Assembly (NCBI GenBank): GCA_963795485.1
Contig: CAWCIL010000007.1
Span: forward strand, 275,066 to 339,065
Source of the DNA: an uncultured Alphaproteobacteria bacterium
GTDB lineage: Bacteria > Pseudomonadota > Alphaproteobacteria > ATCC43930 > CGMCC-115725
Reading direction: 5' to 3'
Length of the DNA: 64,000 nucleotides
Part shown: piece after piece, positions 29,809 to 42,478 of the stretch
Layout: the number at the start of each line of letters is the position of its first letter
Numbering within the stretch: the first letter of the stretch is position 1
Notes under the pieces: model-generated
What the model saw: the letters and a program-made list of their open reading frames with translations, nothing else
Told to the model about the DNA's origin: nothing
The model's database searches: none
Position numbers and translations under genes: made by a program

Positions 29809-31903
29809 TGCATCCCAAGATCACGCCTGACCACCTCGGCCGCGGTGCGGTGGTCTATGTGCGCCAGTCGACCATGGGCCAGGTCGCGGAGCACACCGAG
29901 AGCCAGCGGCGACAATACGCGCTGGCCGAATCGGCGCGGTCGCTCGGATTCGCTTCGGTCACCGTGATCGACGACGATCTCGGCCGATCCGGTTCCGGAT
30001 TGGTCGAGCGTCCCGGCTTCCAGAAACTGGTGGCCTCGGTCTGCTCGGGCTTGACCGGCGCGGTGTTCTGCATCGAGGCGTCCCGCCTTGCCCGGAACGG
30101 ACGCGACTGGCACCACCTGATCGATCTGTGCGCCCTCGTCGGCACGCTGGTGGTCGATCCGGACGGCACTTACGATCCTCGCCTGGTCAATGATCGCCTG
30201 CTCCTGGGGCTGAAGGGGACGATGTCCGAATACGAGCTGAGCCTGCTGCGCCAGCGCGGAATTGCGGCGCGGGATTCGAAGGCGCTGCGCGGCGAATTGC
30301 GGTTCATCCTGCCGCCCGGCTATTGCTGGAACGAGATCGGGCAGATCGAGATGGACCCTGACGAGCGCGTCAGCGGGCTCATCCGGCTGTTGTTCGACAA
30401 GTTCCAGGAGCTCGGAAGCGCTCGCCAGGTCCTGCTTTGGGCGCAGGATCAGGCGCTGCAACTGCCGATTACCCGGCGCAATAACAGCAGCGTGTGCAAG
30501 ATCGAGTGGCGGCCGGCGGCCTACCACACGGTGCTGCAGATCCTCAGGCATCCGGTCTATGCCGGCGCCTATGTCTTCGGCCGCACAACCCAGCGCACGC
30601 GCATCGTCGAGGGGCGCGCCCGCAAGACCACCGGCCATTCGAAGCCGATGACCGCATGGAACGTCCTGCTGCGCGATCATCACCCCGGATACATCAGCTG
30701 GGAACAGTACGAAGCGAACCAGAAGCTGATCTCGGAGAACGCCCATATGCAGCGGCGGACCGAACGCAAGTCGGCCCGCGGCGGGCGGGCCCTGCTGACC
30801 GGATTGGTCCGTTGCGGCCGCTGCGGCCGGACGATGCGGGTGTTCTATGGTTCGCAATCCGGCCACGCTCATCGCTACCAATGCCGCGGCGACGACAGCC
30901 ATGTCGGCGGATGGCTGTGCATCGGCATCGGCGGCGTCCGGATCGATCGCGCCGTCGCCGCGCAGATCGTCGAAGCCGTCTCGGAACATGCCGTCGAAGC
31001 CGCAATTCAGGCCGCGGAGCAGTCGGTGAAGGCCGACAACGAGATCCGGCAGGCGCTTTGCCGCGAACTTGAGGAAGCACGTTACGAGGCCTCCCTGGCC
31101 GCCCGCCGCTACGAAGTCGTCGACCCGGCCAAGCGGCTGGTCGCGCGCGAACTCGAAACCCGCTGGAACACGGCGTTGGAGCGGGTCGCCCATCTCGAGG
31201 ATCGCATCGCCCGGCATGATGCTGCCGCGGCGCTTCGCCCGAAGGTCGATCGCGCGGCGCTTGATGGCGCTCGCCCGGGATCTACCGGCGACATGGAATG
31301 CGCCGGGTACGGATGCCCGAACCAAGCAGCGGATCACCCATATCCTGATCCGGGAAGTCGTGCTCGACCGCGACGACGCCACCAACGAGGCGCTCGTCAC
31401 GATCCATTGGAACGGTGGGCGGCACACTGAATTGCGCGTCTCGCGCGTGCGAACCGGTCGCTATCCGGCCGATCGCCACCCGAGCCCGGTAGAGGCGATC
31501 CGCAAGCTCGGCGGCCAATTGCCGGATCGCGAGCTGGCCGTGACGATGAACCGGATGCGATGCAAACCTGCTGACGGGAACGCCTGGACCACCGTTCGCG
31601 TGCGCGAGCTTCGCGAGCGGCTCGGCATCGCGCGCTTTCGATCCGACGCTACCACGCGTCGAAACGATCAGCGCCGACGCTGCCGCGACCCGGCTGGGCA
31701 TCTGCGTCGGCTCGGTCCAGAAGCTCATCCGCAAGGGCGTGCTTCCCGCGACGCAGCTGATGCCGTCGGCGCCTTGGCAAATCCCGGTCGCCGCGCTCGA
31801 AACCGAGGCCGTCAAGACAGGCGCACGCGAAATCGCCGGCCGCCGGCCCAAGTTCTACAAGCGTTTCCAAGAGGATAAGACCCTCCGGCTCCCCAGTCTC
31901 TGA
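29808..31903 (+). pseudogene. Large serine recombinase paralogue with at least 2 frameshifts (about 31255 and about 31650)
   Basis: MHPKITPDHLGRGAVVYVRQSTMGQ...CIEASRLARNGRDWHHLIDLC; CGRCGRTMRVFYGSQSGHAHRYQC. The C-terminal region is readable only by frame-hopping (ALMALARDLPATWNAPGTDARTKQRITHILIREVVLD... then ISADAAATRLGICVGSVQKLIRKGVLPA...LPSL*). Confidence 0.85.
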
Positions 31904-31949
31904 ACGAAGGATGCACTATGTCGCTCGGTCCCCGCGGCGGCCGCGAAAG

Positions 31950-32642
31950 CAGAACACGTGGCCCGAGAACGGGTCCTGTCCGAGCACGCTCTGAGCCTGC
32001 GCCGCCAGGCCGTCGAACCCCTTGCGCACTATCGCCGGCTTTTCCTGACCCGCCTCCAGGAGGCGTTCGATGCCGGCCAGCTCAGGTTTTTCGACAGTCT
32101 GGCGAGCTTGGCCGCACGAGGTGTATTCGCCGCCTGCCTGCGGCCATTGCGCGCCATTCCCTGGGTCGTTCTATGCCAAGCGACCGTTCGGCGGCCCCGA
32201 ACAGGTGCTCGACTATCTCGCCCGCTATACCCATCGCGTTGCCATCGCCAACAGCCGCCTGGTCGGGCTCGCCGACGGCCGGGTCAGCTTCCTGTGGAAG
32301 GACTATCGCCACCACGACAAGCGAAAGGTGATGACCCTCGACGCCGACGAGTTCATCCGCCGCTTCCTGCTCCACGTCCTGCCCGACGGCTTCCATCGCA
32401 TCCGCCACTACGGCTACCTCGCCAACGGCAGGCGCGCCGCCAAGCTCGCTCATTGCCGCCATCTGCTGGCCGCCCCGGAGCCGGCGCCGCCTCCCGCCGC
32501 CGCCGATTACCGCGAGCGATACCAGCAGCTCACCGGCCATTCGCTCGACCTCTGTCCGTGCTGCGGCGGCCGCATGATCGAGATCGCTATCATCCCCCGC
32601 GCGACCGCCTTTGCCGCCACGGCTCCCTGGAATACCTCATGA
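31950..32642 (+). mobile_element. IS91-family (Y2 rolling-circle) transposase, C-terminal relic with frameshift
   Basis: YAKRPFGGPEQVLDYLARYTHRVAIANSRLVGLADGRVSFLWKDYRHHDKRKVMTLDADEFIRRFLLHVLPDGFHRIRHYGYLAN...CPCCGGRM. Confidence 0.75.
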
Positions 32643-33164
32643 TCTCGCCACGAGACCGATCAAAGCCTCATATTCCCACAGCGGCTCGGGCTATCGATGC
32701 CGCTATCGTGCCCGCACGTCTTGCCGCTGGTGCCAGGTGTCATCCGGACATTCATCCCCCGAGCCGACGGCGACTCTCGGCGCTATCCATCCGCCGCCGC
32801 GCCGAGACCGCCACCATAATCCCGCCCGCGGCTCCCCGGCGCGTCACCGCGAATCGACAGTGTCTCCTCGCCTCGATCACCGGCAGCGCTCAATCCCCAT
32901 AGGCCGTGAACTCGATCCGCGGCTTCGTTCAATCAGGCTTCTGTGCAATCCCGCGATCCCACTGCGCTCGATGGACCGTGTCACCGACGCGGGATCGCGC
33001 AGAACCCTCATTCATTCTCGTGAAACGCGCACCAGGTCGAGGCAGCGTTTCCTGACTATCACGAGTTACTTCGCTGGGATTTGTTCTGGCCCACGCATGG
33101 CGGATGCAGAACGACATGTTCTTTTCCCCGACGAGCGTTACCGCCGGCCCAGTGCCCGCGCGGG

Positions 33165-34421
33165 TCAAGCGTGTGGTATACCCGCTTCGGATCGCGTCCG
33201 CGTGCGCGCTGCGTCACCATCTCTCTCCGGGCCCCCCAAAGGCGGATAACGGTAGACAAGATGCGGATAAGCCTGCTCGGCGAAGGCACCTTCCTTCTGT
33301 ACCAAGTCTTGCTCGACTGCCTGCAGAGCCCCAAGGCAATCATGGATTAGCGGGTCATCGAAGATGATATAAGCGCCGCGCACAGCGTATCTCTTGCTAA
33401 ATCCTATAGAGAACCTTACAGATTTGTAGATATCACAATCGACATGGGATAGGGCAAAATTTCGTTCCTCGACTGGGATCATCCGCTCGGCGGTCTCCTG
33501 AAACAAGCCTTTGATGAAGATCAGATTGTCAAGCTGCAATTCCTGCTTTATCTTCTCCAGCTCATCCAAGTTCACCTGAGAGAAGCCACCGGCCCGGTGC
33601 ATATCTAGGACGGGATCGCAATCCGGCATCCCGGCAAATGTGTCTAGGGAATAAACTTTAAATGGTCTTCCCAACCTTTTAAGAAGGGTTGCCATGAAAA
33701 TCGAAGACCCTCCCCGATATGCGCCGAATTCGATGATATTCCCCTGCATTTCCGAATACTTGATGATCAGAAAAATATTCATGAGGCAGAGATTTCCGAC
33801 AATGCTCCTCCCCCGCGAAGCGGCCACAGCGGCGATCCAATCCGGGTCATGAGTGATAAACGGGACAAGCGTACCGAGTGCCAAACCGCTGCCTCTGAGA
33901 TAACCGGCCTTGATGTTCGGGCCGGCTTTGATGCCGGGATTCTCAGCGACCGGAGCGGTCTGCGCCTTCTCGAGTTCTCTCAACTTTGGCGGTACAATTC
34001 CGCGCGCGGACAAATCGTCCATTGCTACCTTGTTCAAGATTATCTCAGAAATGACCAAGCGTTTTGAGGTTGGTGTTCTAATGACGACCACCTCGAATTG
34101 GGCAATATCCGTATCCGCGCTAAACAAGATCGCCGCGTCGGCAGATGATACGATCTGTTCATGTAACAACCGACCGCCGCTGTTACAGGTCAGCCTTAAC
34201 CGGAACTCACCGACTAATTTGTCCGCCAAGTGCACTAAATATAATCCCCGTTGTAGCGGAATATAGGGACCATAGAATAGCGTGTCGTGCGCGATAAGAC
34301 CAGAATTTGCAGAGTTGTATGAAAAAATGCCATCTACGGCAAGTGTGCTAGCCATGGCGCGTAACCAGGGAGGAAGGTGGAGCGCGGGCGCCTTGATAAC
34401 GATCTGAAGCAATGACATCAT
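33165..34421 (-). CDS. TylF/MycF-like SAM-dependent O-methyltransferase with an about 200-aa N-terminal extra domain
   Basis: GNIIEFGAYRGGSSIFMATLLKRLGRPFKVYSLDTFAGMPD...HVDCDIYKSVRFSIGF...GAYIIFDD. The last about 25 codons run into GC-rich flanking DNA, so the native 3' end is uncertain. Confidence 0.75.
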   Translation of the reverse strand: MMSLLQIVIKAPALHLPPWLRAMASTLAVDGIFSYNSANSGLIAHDTLFYGPYIPLQRGLYLVHLADKLVGEFRLRLTCNSGGRLLHEQIVSSADAAILFSADTDIAQFEVVVIRTPTSKRLVISEIILNKVAMDDLSARGIVPPKLRELEKAQTAPVAENPGIKAGPNIKAGYLRGSGLALGTLVPFITHDPDWIAAVAASRGRSIVGNLCLMNIFLIIKYSEMQGNIIEFGAYRGGSSIFMATLLKRLGRPFKVYSLDTFAGMPDCDPVLDMHRAGGFSQVNLDELEKIKQELQLDNLIFIKGLFQETAERMIPVEERNFALSHVDCDIYKSVRFSIGFSKRYAVRGAYIIFDDPLIHDCLGALQAVEQDLVQKEGAFAEQAYPHLVYRYPPLGGPERDGDAARTRTRSEAGIPHA

Positions 34422-36362
34422 TTCCCCCGGTCGCTGATAGCGCTGTTTAACAGAATCAGGTTCTCGATCAAACTCGTCCTAGCGGCCAAATCGTTGTTCA
34501 GGTAGTAGCCCAAACCCGACAATCCGACATAAAGCCGGCGTGCGTCTCCGTTGCCAACTTCCGTTTCCCTCAGGTGTCTTTCGATGTAGATATTGAGAAA
34601 GCCGTCATCATCGACGGCTACCTTGCACCTCACCCATCTCGGTGCGCCGAGAGACGTCAAGGCCACGGAATTCCCAACGGAATTGGACACCCAAACCTGC
34701 TGGTCCGCGTCATAGGGCGGCAGACGCAACTCTAGGTACAGGCTCGCCTCTTGGCCGGCGTGCTCGGCGCCGAGATTCAGCCGCAGCTGCGCCCGGCGCT
34801 TGGACGACCACGAACCCCAGGGTTCCAATGGGTGCCATCCCGAGTAACGAACCAGCCTCATCAATTGATGAGGCCACGAGGTCCGTGATCGTTCAAGCAA
34901 TGCATCGCCTGTGAGTTTATAAAGCTCGCCCGATTTATCGGTATTTTAATCGGGCGCGATTGGATGCGAGCCCCGTCACCGTTCCGGATTACCTCCATGC
35001 AGTCGCCGACCCGTTTCAAGAAGTTTTCGGTGACGCTCCGCCCGACCGCCGCGGGGTAAACTCAGCTTCGATCCGCGCGGCGAGGCCACCAAGGAAACTC
35101 TCGTCGAAGATCGCCTTCTCAAGCAGCGCGGTCGCGCCGATTAGGTCGTGTGGGTTGAAGTAGACAGCAAGATCGCCGCCGACCTCTGGGATAGAGCTGG
35201 CGTTAGACGCTAGGCAAGGCTTTCCGAACGCAAGGCTTTCACCGACCGGAAGACCCCACCCCTCGACAAAGCTCGGGAAAACCGTGAACATGCACCGTTC
35301 GTACAGGTAGGATAACTCGCCATCGCCCAAATCCGACTCTATGACTATCTTCCCTTCCAGGAAATTGCCCTTGTTACACATTTCACGAAAATCATCAATG
35401 GCCCAGCCCCACCTTCCGACCAAAACCAGCTGCGGGACTTTTTCCGCGCCATGTTTGCGGATCAGGGAAGACCATACGCGGTAAAGCAGGACATGGTTCT
35501 TTCTTCCCTCCAACGTGCAGACGCATAGAACAAATGGTTGATCCGCAGCGGCCGCCAACCCGTCAGAAATGACGTGCTCCACACCATCCGCAGGTTGAAG
35601 GATTTCGTTGGCTAACGGCACGGCGTGCACTAGTTTCTCAACTCCAAGCTCAGATTTAAGAAGTTCTTTTAGCTCGACCGCGACATATTCCGAAATAGTG
35701 AGAAAAAAATCTGAAAGGGACAAAATCTCAATGAGTTTTTCCTTCACTATCGCCTGAAACGATTCGACACAATATTGAGGGTGGCTGATCGGAATCAGGT
35801 CATAAATATAGGTGGCAGTGAGGACCCCCGTGTCCCGCAGGTGAAGCAGAGGCAATCCGTAATCGTGGTTCCAGAATGCTCCCAAAATCACATAAACATC
35901 GCCAGCTCTCGGCACCGCCGAACTAGCGTCCCTCATCAAATCGGCGAGCATCGTACGAAGGATATCACGGTCCACCGAGGGAGAAAGCGTATATTTGATG
36001 AGAATCCGAAGCTGCCCAGGCTTGAACGCGATCAACCCGTCGTGATCGGGAGAAATTGCGCAACAGACGATATTGTCTGCCTCCTGCCTACTGTCGAGAT
36101 GGCAGCTTATGATGTTCCCGGCTACGCGTTGAATTCCAGTGACTCGCGTGTTGTGGTGGAAAAATAAGATGAGATCGGAAATGTCCAAGTAAAATACTGG
36201 CGAATTGATCTGCTGCTGCTTTGCGTGGTCCTGCGTATCGAGCGTCGAAACATTGACCTCAGAAGACGCTTTCAACTGATCATCTCCTTGTCCGCTGAGC
36301 GCGGCAAGTCTGCTCCCATATTGCGCTGTTGCTTCTTGCTCGCTGCAACCCGCGAGGCACAA
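34418..36362 (-). pseudogene. GT4 (Glycos_transf_1) glycosyltransferase with about 150-aa C-terminal domain, 2 frameshifts (about 35040, about 34940)
   Basis: ...VLCVCTLEGRKNHVLLYRVWSSL...EGWGLPVGESLAFGKPCLASNASSIPEVGGD...EAEFTPRR, then frame-hops to SVTENFLKRVGDCMEV... and to GELYKLTGDALLERSRTSWPHQLMRLVRYSGWHPLEPWGSWSSKRRAQLRL... Confidence 0.75.
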
Positions 36363-36436
36363 ATGATGGAAATCGGCTCACTACAGCCACTCCAGCAACT
36401 TCCCACTACCATTTCGTTGAGGCACCTTTCGGACCC

Positions 36437-38683
36437 TCAGCGATCGTAGGCCATTCCGGCTGCCAGCAACAGGTTCTCGATGAGACCGACTCGCGACGCC
36501 AAGTCGGTGTTCAGGTAGTAGCCGAAGCCGGAAAATCCGACTTGGACCTGGCGCGGGCCCCTGTCGTTGACTTCTATTTTCGTCAGGTTCCCTTCGATGA
36601 AGACATTGAGGAAGCCTTGATCATCGACAGCCGCCCTGCATTTCACCCATTTCGGAGCCATGTTAAGAGAGGTCGTAGTCATAAAGTTCCGAACTCCATC
36701 GGAAATTTTGACCGGCCCGACCAGGGCATTTGGCGGAACCCTGAGCTCGAGATACACGCTCGCTTCTTGGCCAGCGTGCTCGGCGCCGAGATTAGCCGCA
36801 GTTGCGCCCGCCGCTTCGACGACCACGACCCCCAGGGCTCCAATGGGTACCACCCCGAGGATCTAACCAGGCTGACCAATCGGTGGGACCAGGAAGCGCT
36901 CGATCGTTGACGCAACGCCTCGGCGCTGATTTTGTAAAGCTCTCCCGGCTCGATGGGCAGCTTCACCGGCTGCGGTTGACCCCGACCCGCCTTGCCCGCT
37001 CGAACCGTCGCAACGCCATCGTCTAGTTGCCGCAGAAATGTCTCTGCAACGTCCGCCCATCTGCGCGGCGTGAACTCCGCTTTAATCCGGGTCGTTAGTT
37101 GAGACAGAAAATCCTGGTCAAAGATGGCCTTCTCGATGACCGACACCGCACCGAACAGATCATAGGGGCTGAAATAAACGGCAAAATCGCCCCCCACCTC
37201 CGGGATGGAGGTTGTGTTGGAGGCCATACAGGGCTTCCCGAACGCCAGGCTCTCGCCGACCGGAAGGCCCCAGCCCTCGGCAAAGCTGGCAAAGACTGTG
37301 AACATGCACCGCTCATACAAGTAAGCTAACTCGTCATCGCCCAACTCCGCCTCGATAACGATCTTGCCGTCCAGAAAATTATCTTTTCTGCAAACATCGC
37401 GAAACTCATCGATGAGCCAGCCCCACTTTCCGACCAGCACCAGCTGCGGGATTTTCGGCTGCGCCGTGTTTGCGGACCAGGGAAGACCATACGCGATGGA
37501 GCAGGAGATGGTTCTTTCTTCCCTCGAGCGCGCCGACGCACAAGACAAACGGTCGAGCTGCAACGGCTGCCACCTCGTCGGAAATGACCGGCGCCCGACC
37601 TGGTACCGGTTCCCGCAATGCACGGGCATGCAGCACCGCGCGCGCCGGCTTTTCGATCCCAACCTCGGACCTCAGCAATTCTCTCACTTGGCTCGCAACA
37701 TACTCAGAATTCGTCAGGAAGAAATCCGAAAGCAGGAGAATTTCGATAAATCTCTCGTTTACCTCGTCACGAGCCGAATCGGTCACATATTGTGGGTATG
37801 TTATCGGGATGATGTCATGAATATTGCTGACAATCAAGACACCTTTTTCGCGCAGACGAAGTAGAAACAATCCGTAATCCTGAACAATCCAAAACGCGCC
37901 CAAAATTACATAAACATCTTCAGCTCGAAGATCCGCGGACGTGGCGTCCTGCACCAACTCGTCGAGCATACCGCGAAGGATCTCAAGCTTGACTGAGGGT
38001 GATGTTACATAATTGAGGAGCGCGCGCACCTGTTCCAAGCGAAACACTAGCAAACCATCGCCATCTAGATCCGTGGCACAATATTCTACATTATGATCAA
38101 GATTTTTATTGTCGATATTTGAACCGACAACGCTAATGATGAAACGTTGAATTCCGGTGGCTCGCGTGTTTTCACGAAGATATGAGATTAGGTCGAAAAT
38201 GTCAAAGTAGTATACTGGTCCGTCTGCGCGACGCCGCTGCACAAGCCGGGCGCCTTCACGAGATCCACTGCCCACGCCTAATGCTTTTAGCTCTCTGAGC
38301 GCATTACGTTGTTCTGGATCAAGCTCGAGGGCGCGGTTGTAGCACTCTATGGCTGCTGACAGCCTGCCCATGCGCTTAACCAGATGACCGAGTTGAAGAT
38401 AAACGTCAGGGTCGTCTGGTCTGAGGGTGATCGCGCTCCGGTAGGCTTGCTCAGCGTCATCGAAATCGCCCGCCTCCTTGAGGCAATTACCGCGCTGCAC
38501 CCAGATCTCGAAATCACCGGGTTTGGAAATCAAGTGTTCCTGATAGAGTTTTGCGGCCTTGTCCCAGTTTCCAGCGTCGCGTTCCTGATCGCCTCGCGAT
38601 CGCAAGTCTTTTGGTTGCCGTTGCGCCCCGCCCTCCTTTAGGGTACCAGTCAAAAATAGCTTGAGGTCGTTTACTAATGCCAT
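36437..38683 (-). pseudogene. TPR-GT4 glycosyltransferase paralogue with the same C-terminal domain, 2 frameshifts (about 37460, about 36795)
   Basis: N-terminal TPR repeats (AAKLYQEHLISKPGDFEIWVQRGNCLKEAGDFDDAEQAYRSAITLRPDDPDVYLQLGHL...). GT4 core and C-terminal SGWYPLEPWGSWSSKRRAQLRL. Carries a 1-nt deletion relative to the paralogue at ctgcggct(g)aatctc. Confidence 0.75.
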
Positions 38684-38775
38684 AAATTCTTCCCCCGCAA
38701 GTCGCTGGTCTGGTCAGTTCGCCGATCGGCCATCTCGCGCCGCGGGGCGCGAAATCCTAGATCCGCTCCGCGTTG

Positions 38776-39761
38776 TCAATCCGCAAGCGGACAAGGGCAT
38801 CCTCCCCCCGCTGTGCGGACCCGCCGGCGCCAATAGGCGAGCACCTCGGAAAGGGTCGCAGAGAAGGAACACCGAGGCGCCCACCCGAGTTGCCGTCTTG
38901 CCGCTTCGGCGCACCCCACATAGACGGGCGTATCGCTCGGCCGCATCCGCGATGGATCGAGCTCGATCGTTATCCGGCCGGGGCTCAGGGCGAGCAACTC
39001 ATCGAGTGCCGAACGAATTGTGCGGGGCGTGCCGGAGGCGATGTTGAGAACGAGACCGGGGTCGAGCTCCGCCGATTTGAGGACAGCCAGGGCGTAAGCC
39101 GAGGTTACGTCACGGACGTCGAGAAAATCGCGAACCGCGTCCAGATTTCCCACCCGAATCACGGGCGGCTGCAGACCCGCCTCGATGCGAGCGATCTGAG
39201 CGGCGAAGGAGGGAACCACGAACGCCTCCATCTGACCCGGTCCGGTGTGGTTGAACATCCTGAGGCGGATCGACCTCAGACCGCGCCCGGTAAGCGCGCC
39301 GAGGGCGATATCGGCGGCAGCCTTGGTCACCGAATAGTCGCTGTTGGGGGCGAGGAGGGCCGCCTCGTCGAGCAGCCGACCTGACTTGGCCGTATCCCCG
39401 TATACGAGCCCACTTCCCGCAAAAATCAGCCAGCACCGCGGCGCGCGGCGCAGGATCGCATGGGCGATGTTGAGCGTGCCGAACGTATTGATCGTCCATG
39501 CCGTCTTGACGTCAGCGCTTGCCTGGGCGGGCGACGAAACTGCCGAGAGATGGATGACGTGGGTTGGCGCCAAATCTGCCAGGACCCGATCAACGGCGCC
39601 CTCGTCGGTTACGTCGAGCGCCGCCGCGCCGCCGCGGCCGGGCAGGCGGCCCGCACGCCGCGCGGTAGGCACGATCACTGCGTCCGGCCTAGTACGCGAC
39701 CAAGCTCGGGGACGAGATGCTGGCCGACAAAACCAGTGGCACCGGTGATCAGGATGCGCAT
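38776..39761 (-). pseudogene. rmd: GDP-4-keto-6-deoxy-D-mannose reductase (Rmd-like), 1 frameshift near 39690
   Basis: MRILITGATGFVGQHLVPELGRVLG then a frame change to VIVPTARR...YSVTKAAADIAL...FNHTGPGQMEAFVVPSFAAQIARIEAG...VGNLDAVRDFLDVRDV. Confidence 0.75.
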
Positions 39762-39833
39762 TCGTCCTTATCCACTTACCCGTCTCCAGTGGCGGCGCGC
39801 CCGCTCTTACGACTCCCGAGCCGTAGCTTATGT

Positions 39834-40820
<987 letters not shown>

Positions 40821-40983
40821 TCAAATCCAACCTCGGTCAAGATCACTCGCCAGGACGAACGGAGGTCTGAGGCTCTCACGCGGCGTCAGCACGATACTGG
40901 CAAATGCTTGCCGACACCAGTGCTGCTGAGGCTCTGCCTCGCACGTCTCCCTTGGAGCCTGCTCCGACGCTGAACGGGCTGCA

Positions 40984-41013
40984 AGGTTTTTCCAGACCAG
41001 GTTTTTCCAGACC
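40984..41013. repeat. Perfect tandem direct repeat, 2 x 15 bp (AGGTTTTTCCAGACC)
   Basis: Read directly: 40984-40998 equals 40999-41013. Lies beside the 3' end of the IS3 relic, upstream of gmd. Confidence 0.9.
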
Positions 41014-41023
41014 CGGGTAGACA

Positions 41024-41146
41024 TTATGCCGCACGGGTGATGCCATCGCTCCAGACCGCGAGAGGCGTCCGGTTCGCTGGCGTCTGATGCGGCCGTCGGC
41101 GGTTATAGAAGGCGATTGCGTCGCGGCGAGGAGCAGAACCTGGCAT
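41024..41146 (-). mobile_element. IS3-family transposase, last about 40 codons only
   Basis: Reverse translation: ...RRDAIAFYNRRRPHQTPANRTPLAVWSDGITRAA*. Confidence 0.55.
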
Positions 41147-41344
41147 GATCGGTCAACTGCCACATCCCTCAGCCGGATCGCGTAGCGGCACGCCGTGCCG
41201 CTATATGCGGCTGGACTGCGGGCGTGCCGCCGATACGCTTCGACTGGTCGGATCGTAATCGGCCGGGGGTCATGCGAGTTCGGTTGGCGTTGACGGCATG
41301 CGCCGCTTGCTAACGTTCAATGTAGCCGATTTCCGACGTTTCGC

Positions 41345-41850
41345 CTAACTGGTCGCCACCTGACCCATTGCCATGAGCATTGCCACCACGTTCTTCAGAG
41401 AACGTTCTTCAGCGGATGGTTGTGTCGCAATTCGCCCAATTTCCGCATATTCCTCGAGGCTCTTCAATGAGGCATGCCCGGAGAACTGCTTCAAACGGGC
41501 GATGTGGACGCCGTGCGCGACCCCGCTCGAGATCGCGCCGCGGCGCAAGCTGTGCGGCGAAGGCGGCGCCGTCGAGCCCGGCCAGGCCGGTCCATTTGTT
41601 GACGATCAGCGCGATCGAATCTATGTCGATCGCGGCGCTGCCGACCTGGTAGCGGTCGGCTCCGGCTTTCGCGTTGCAGCCCTCCGCACCCGTGGCGGCG
41701 GCAGACGCCACAGCCGCCGGAACAGCGGACCGTTGGTGATCTCGGCCGCGGCGAGCCAGGCTTCGAGGGCGGTGACCGGCATAAATCGGTCTACCCAACC
41801 GGCAGCCACACCGCGGTGCTATGCACCTCCTGGCCAGAAGTAACGGAAGG
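41345..41850 (-). pseudogene. Tyrosine recombinase/integrase, C-terminal half, frameshifted
   Basis: VTALEAWLAAAEITNGPLFRRL / AAIDIDSIALIVNKWTGLAGLDGAAFAA / LRRGAISSGVAHGVHIARLKQFSGHASLKSLEEY are spread over frames. Confidence 0.65.
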
Positions 41851-42478
41851 CTCAGATTTCACGCATAAGCGGACATAGGCGGAACGCGCGAAGCGCGTGT
41901 TCAAGCAAAACAATTGGGTTGCCAGTTTCCCGCCGCCGTCGATGTGCGTAGTGCCGCGACCGGCACGTACGACACCAATTCGCTGTGCCTCCGCTATCAT
42001 CGTCGGCGGCTCGATGCGGTCGTATTTGCCGGCGGATCCCGCCTACGGCCTCGAGGCAATTGCCGGGGTTGCAACGGGGCTCAAAGACGACGGCGCGCGC
42101 GGCGGCGAAAATATCGCCGGTGTCACCGGCGCGATCATCTACGACTTTCTCGGCCACCGGCTGAACGAGATCTACCCGGACAGCGTGCTGCCCATAATCT
42201 CCACGGTGGCGCCAGTTCGTCACCGAGGGGCTCGAAGTTCAGGTCGGCCGCGAGCCACATCGCGCGAGATCCCGCGGTCGCAATTCACACGAACTCGGGC
42301 CTGGGTGAAGTACGGTATGACGCGAGAACATTGCGCCACCCCGCTGCGCTTTCGCCGCCCTGCCCGTCAACCTGGGTTTGCATTTACGCGCTGATGGTAG
42401 TTGACGAGGGCGGTCCCAGGCCAGATCGACGACGGCAAGGGATAAACGTCACGTCGCTATCGATCTTGGATTCGACGC

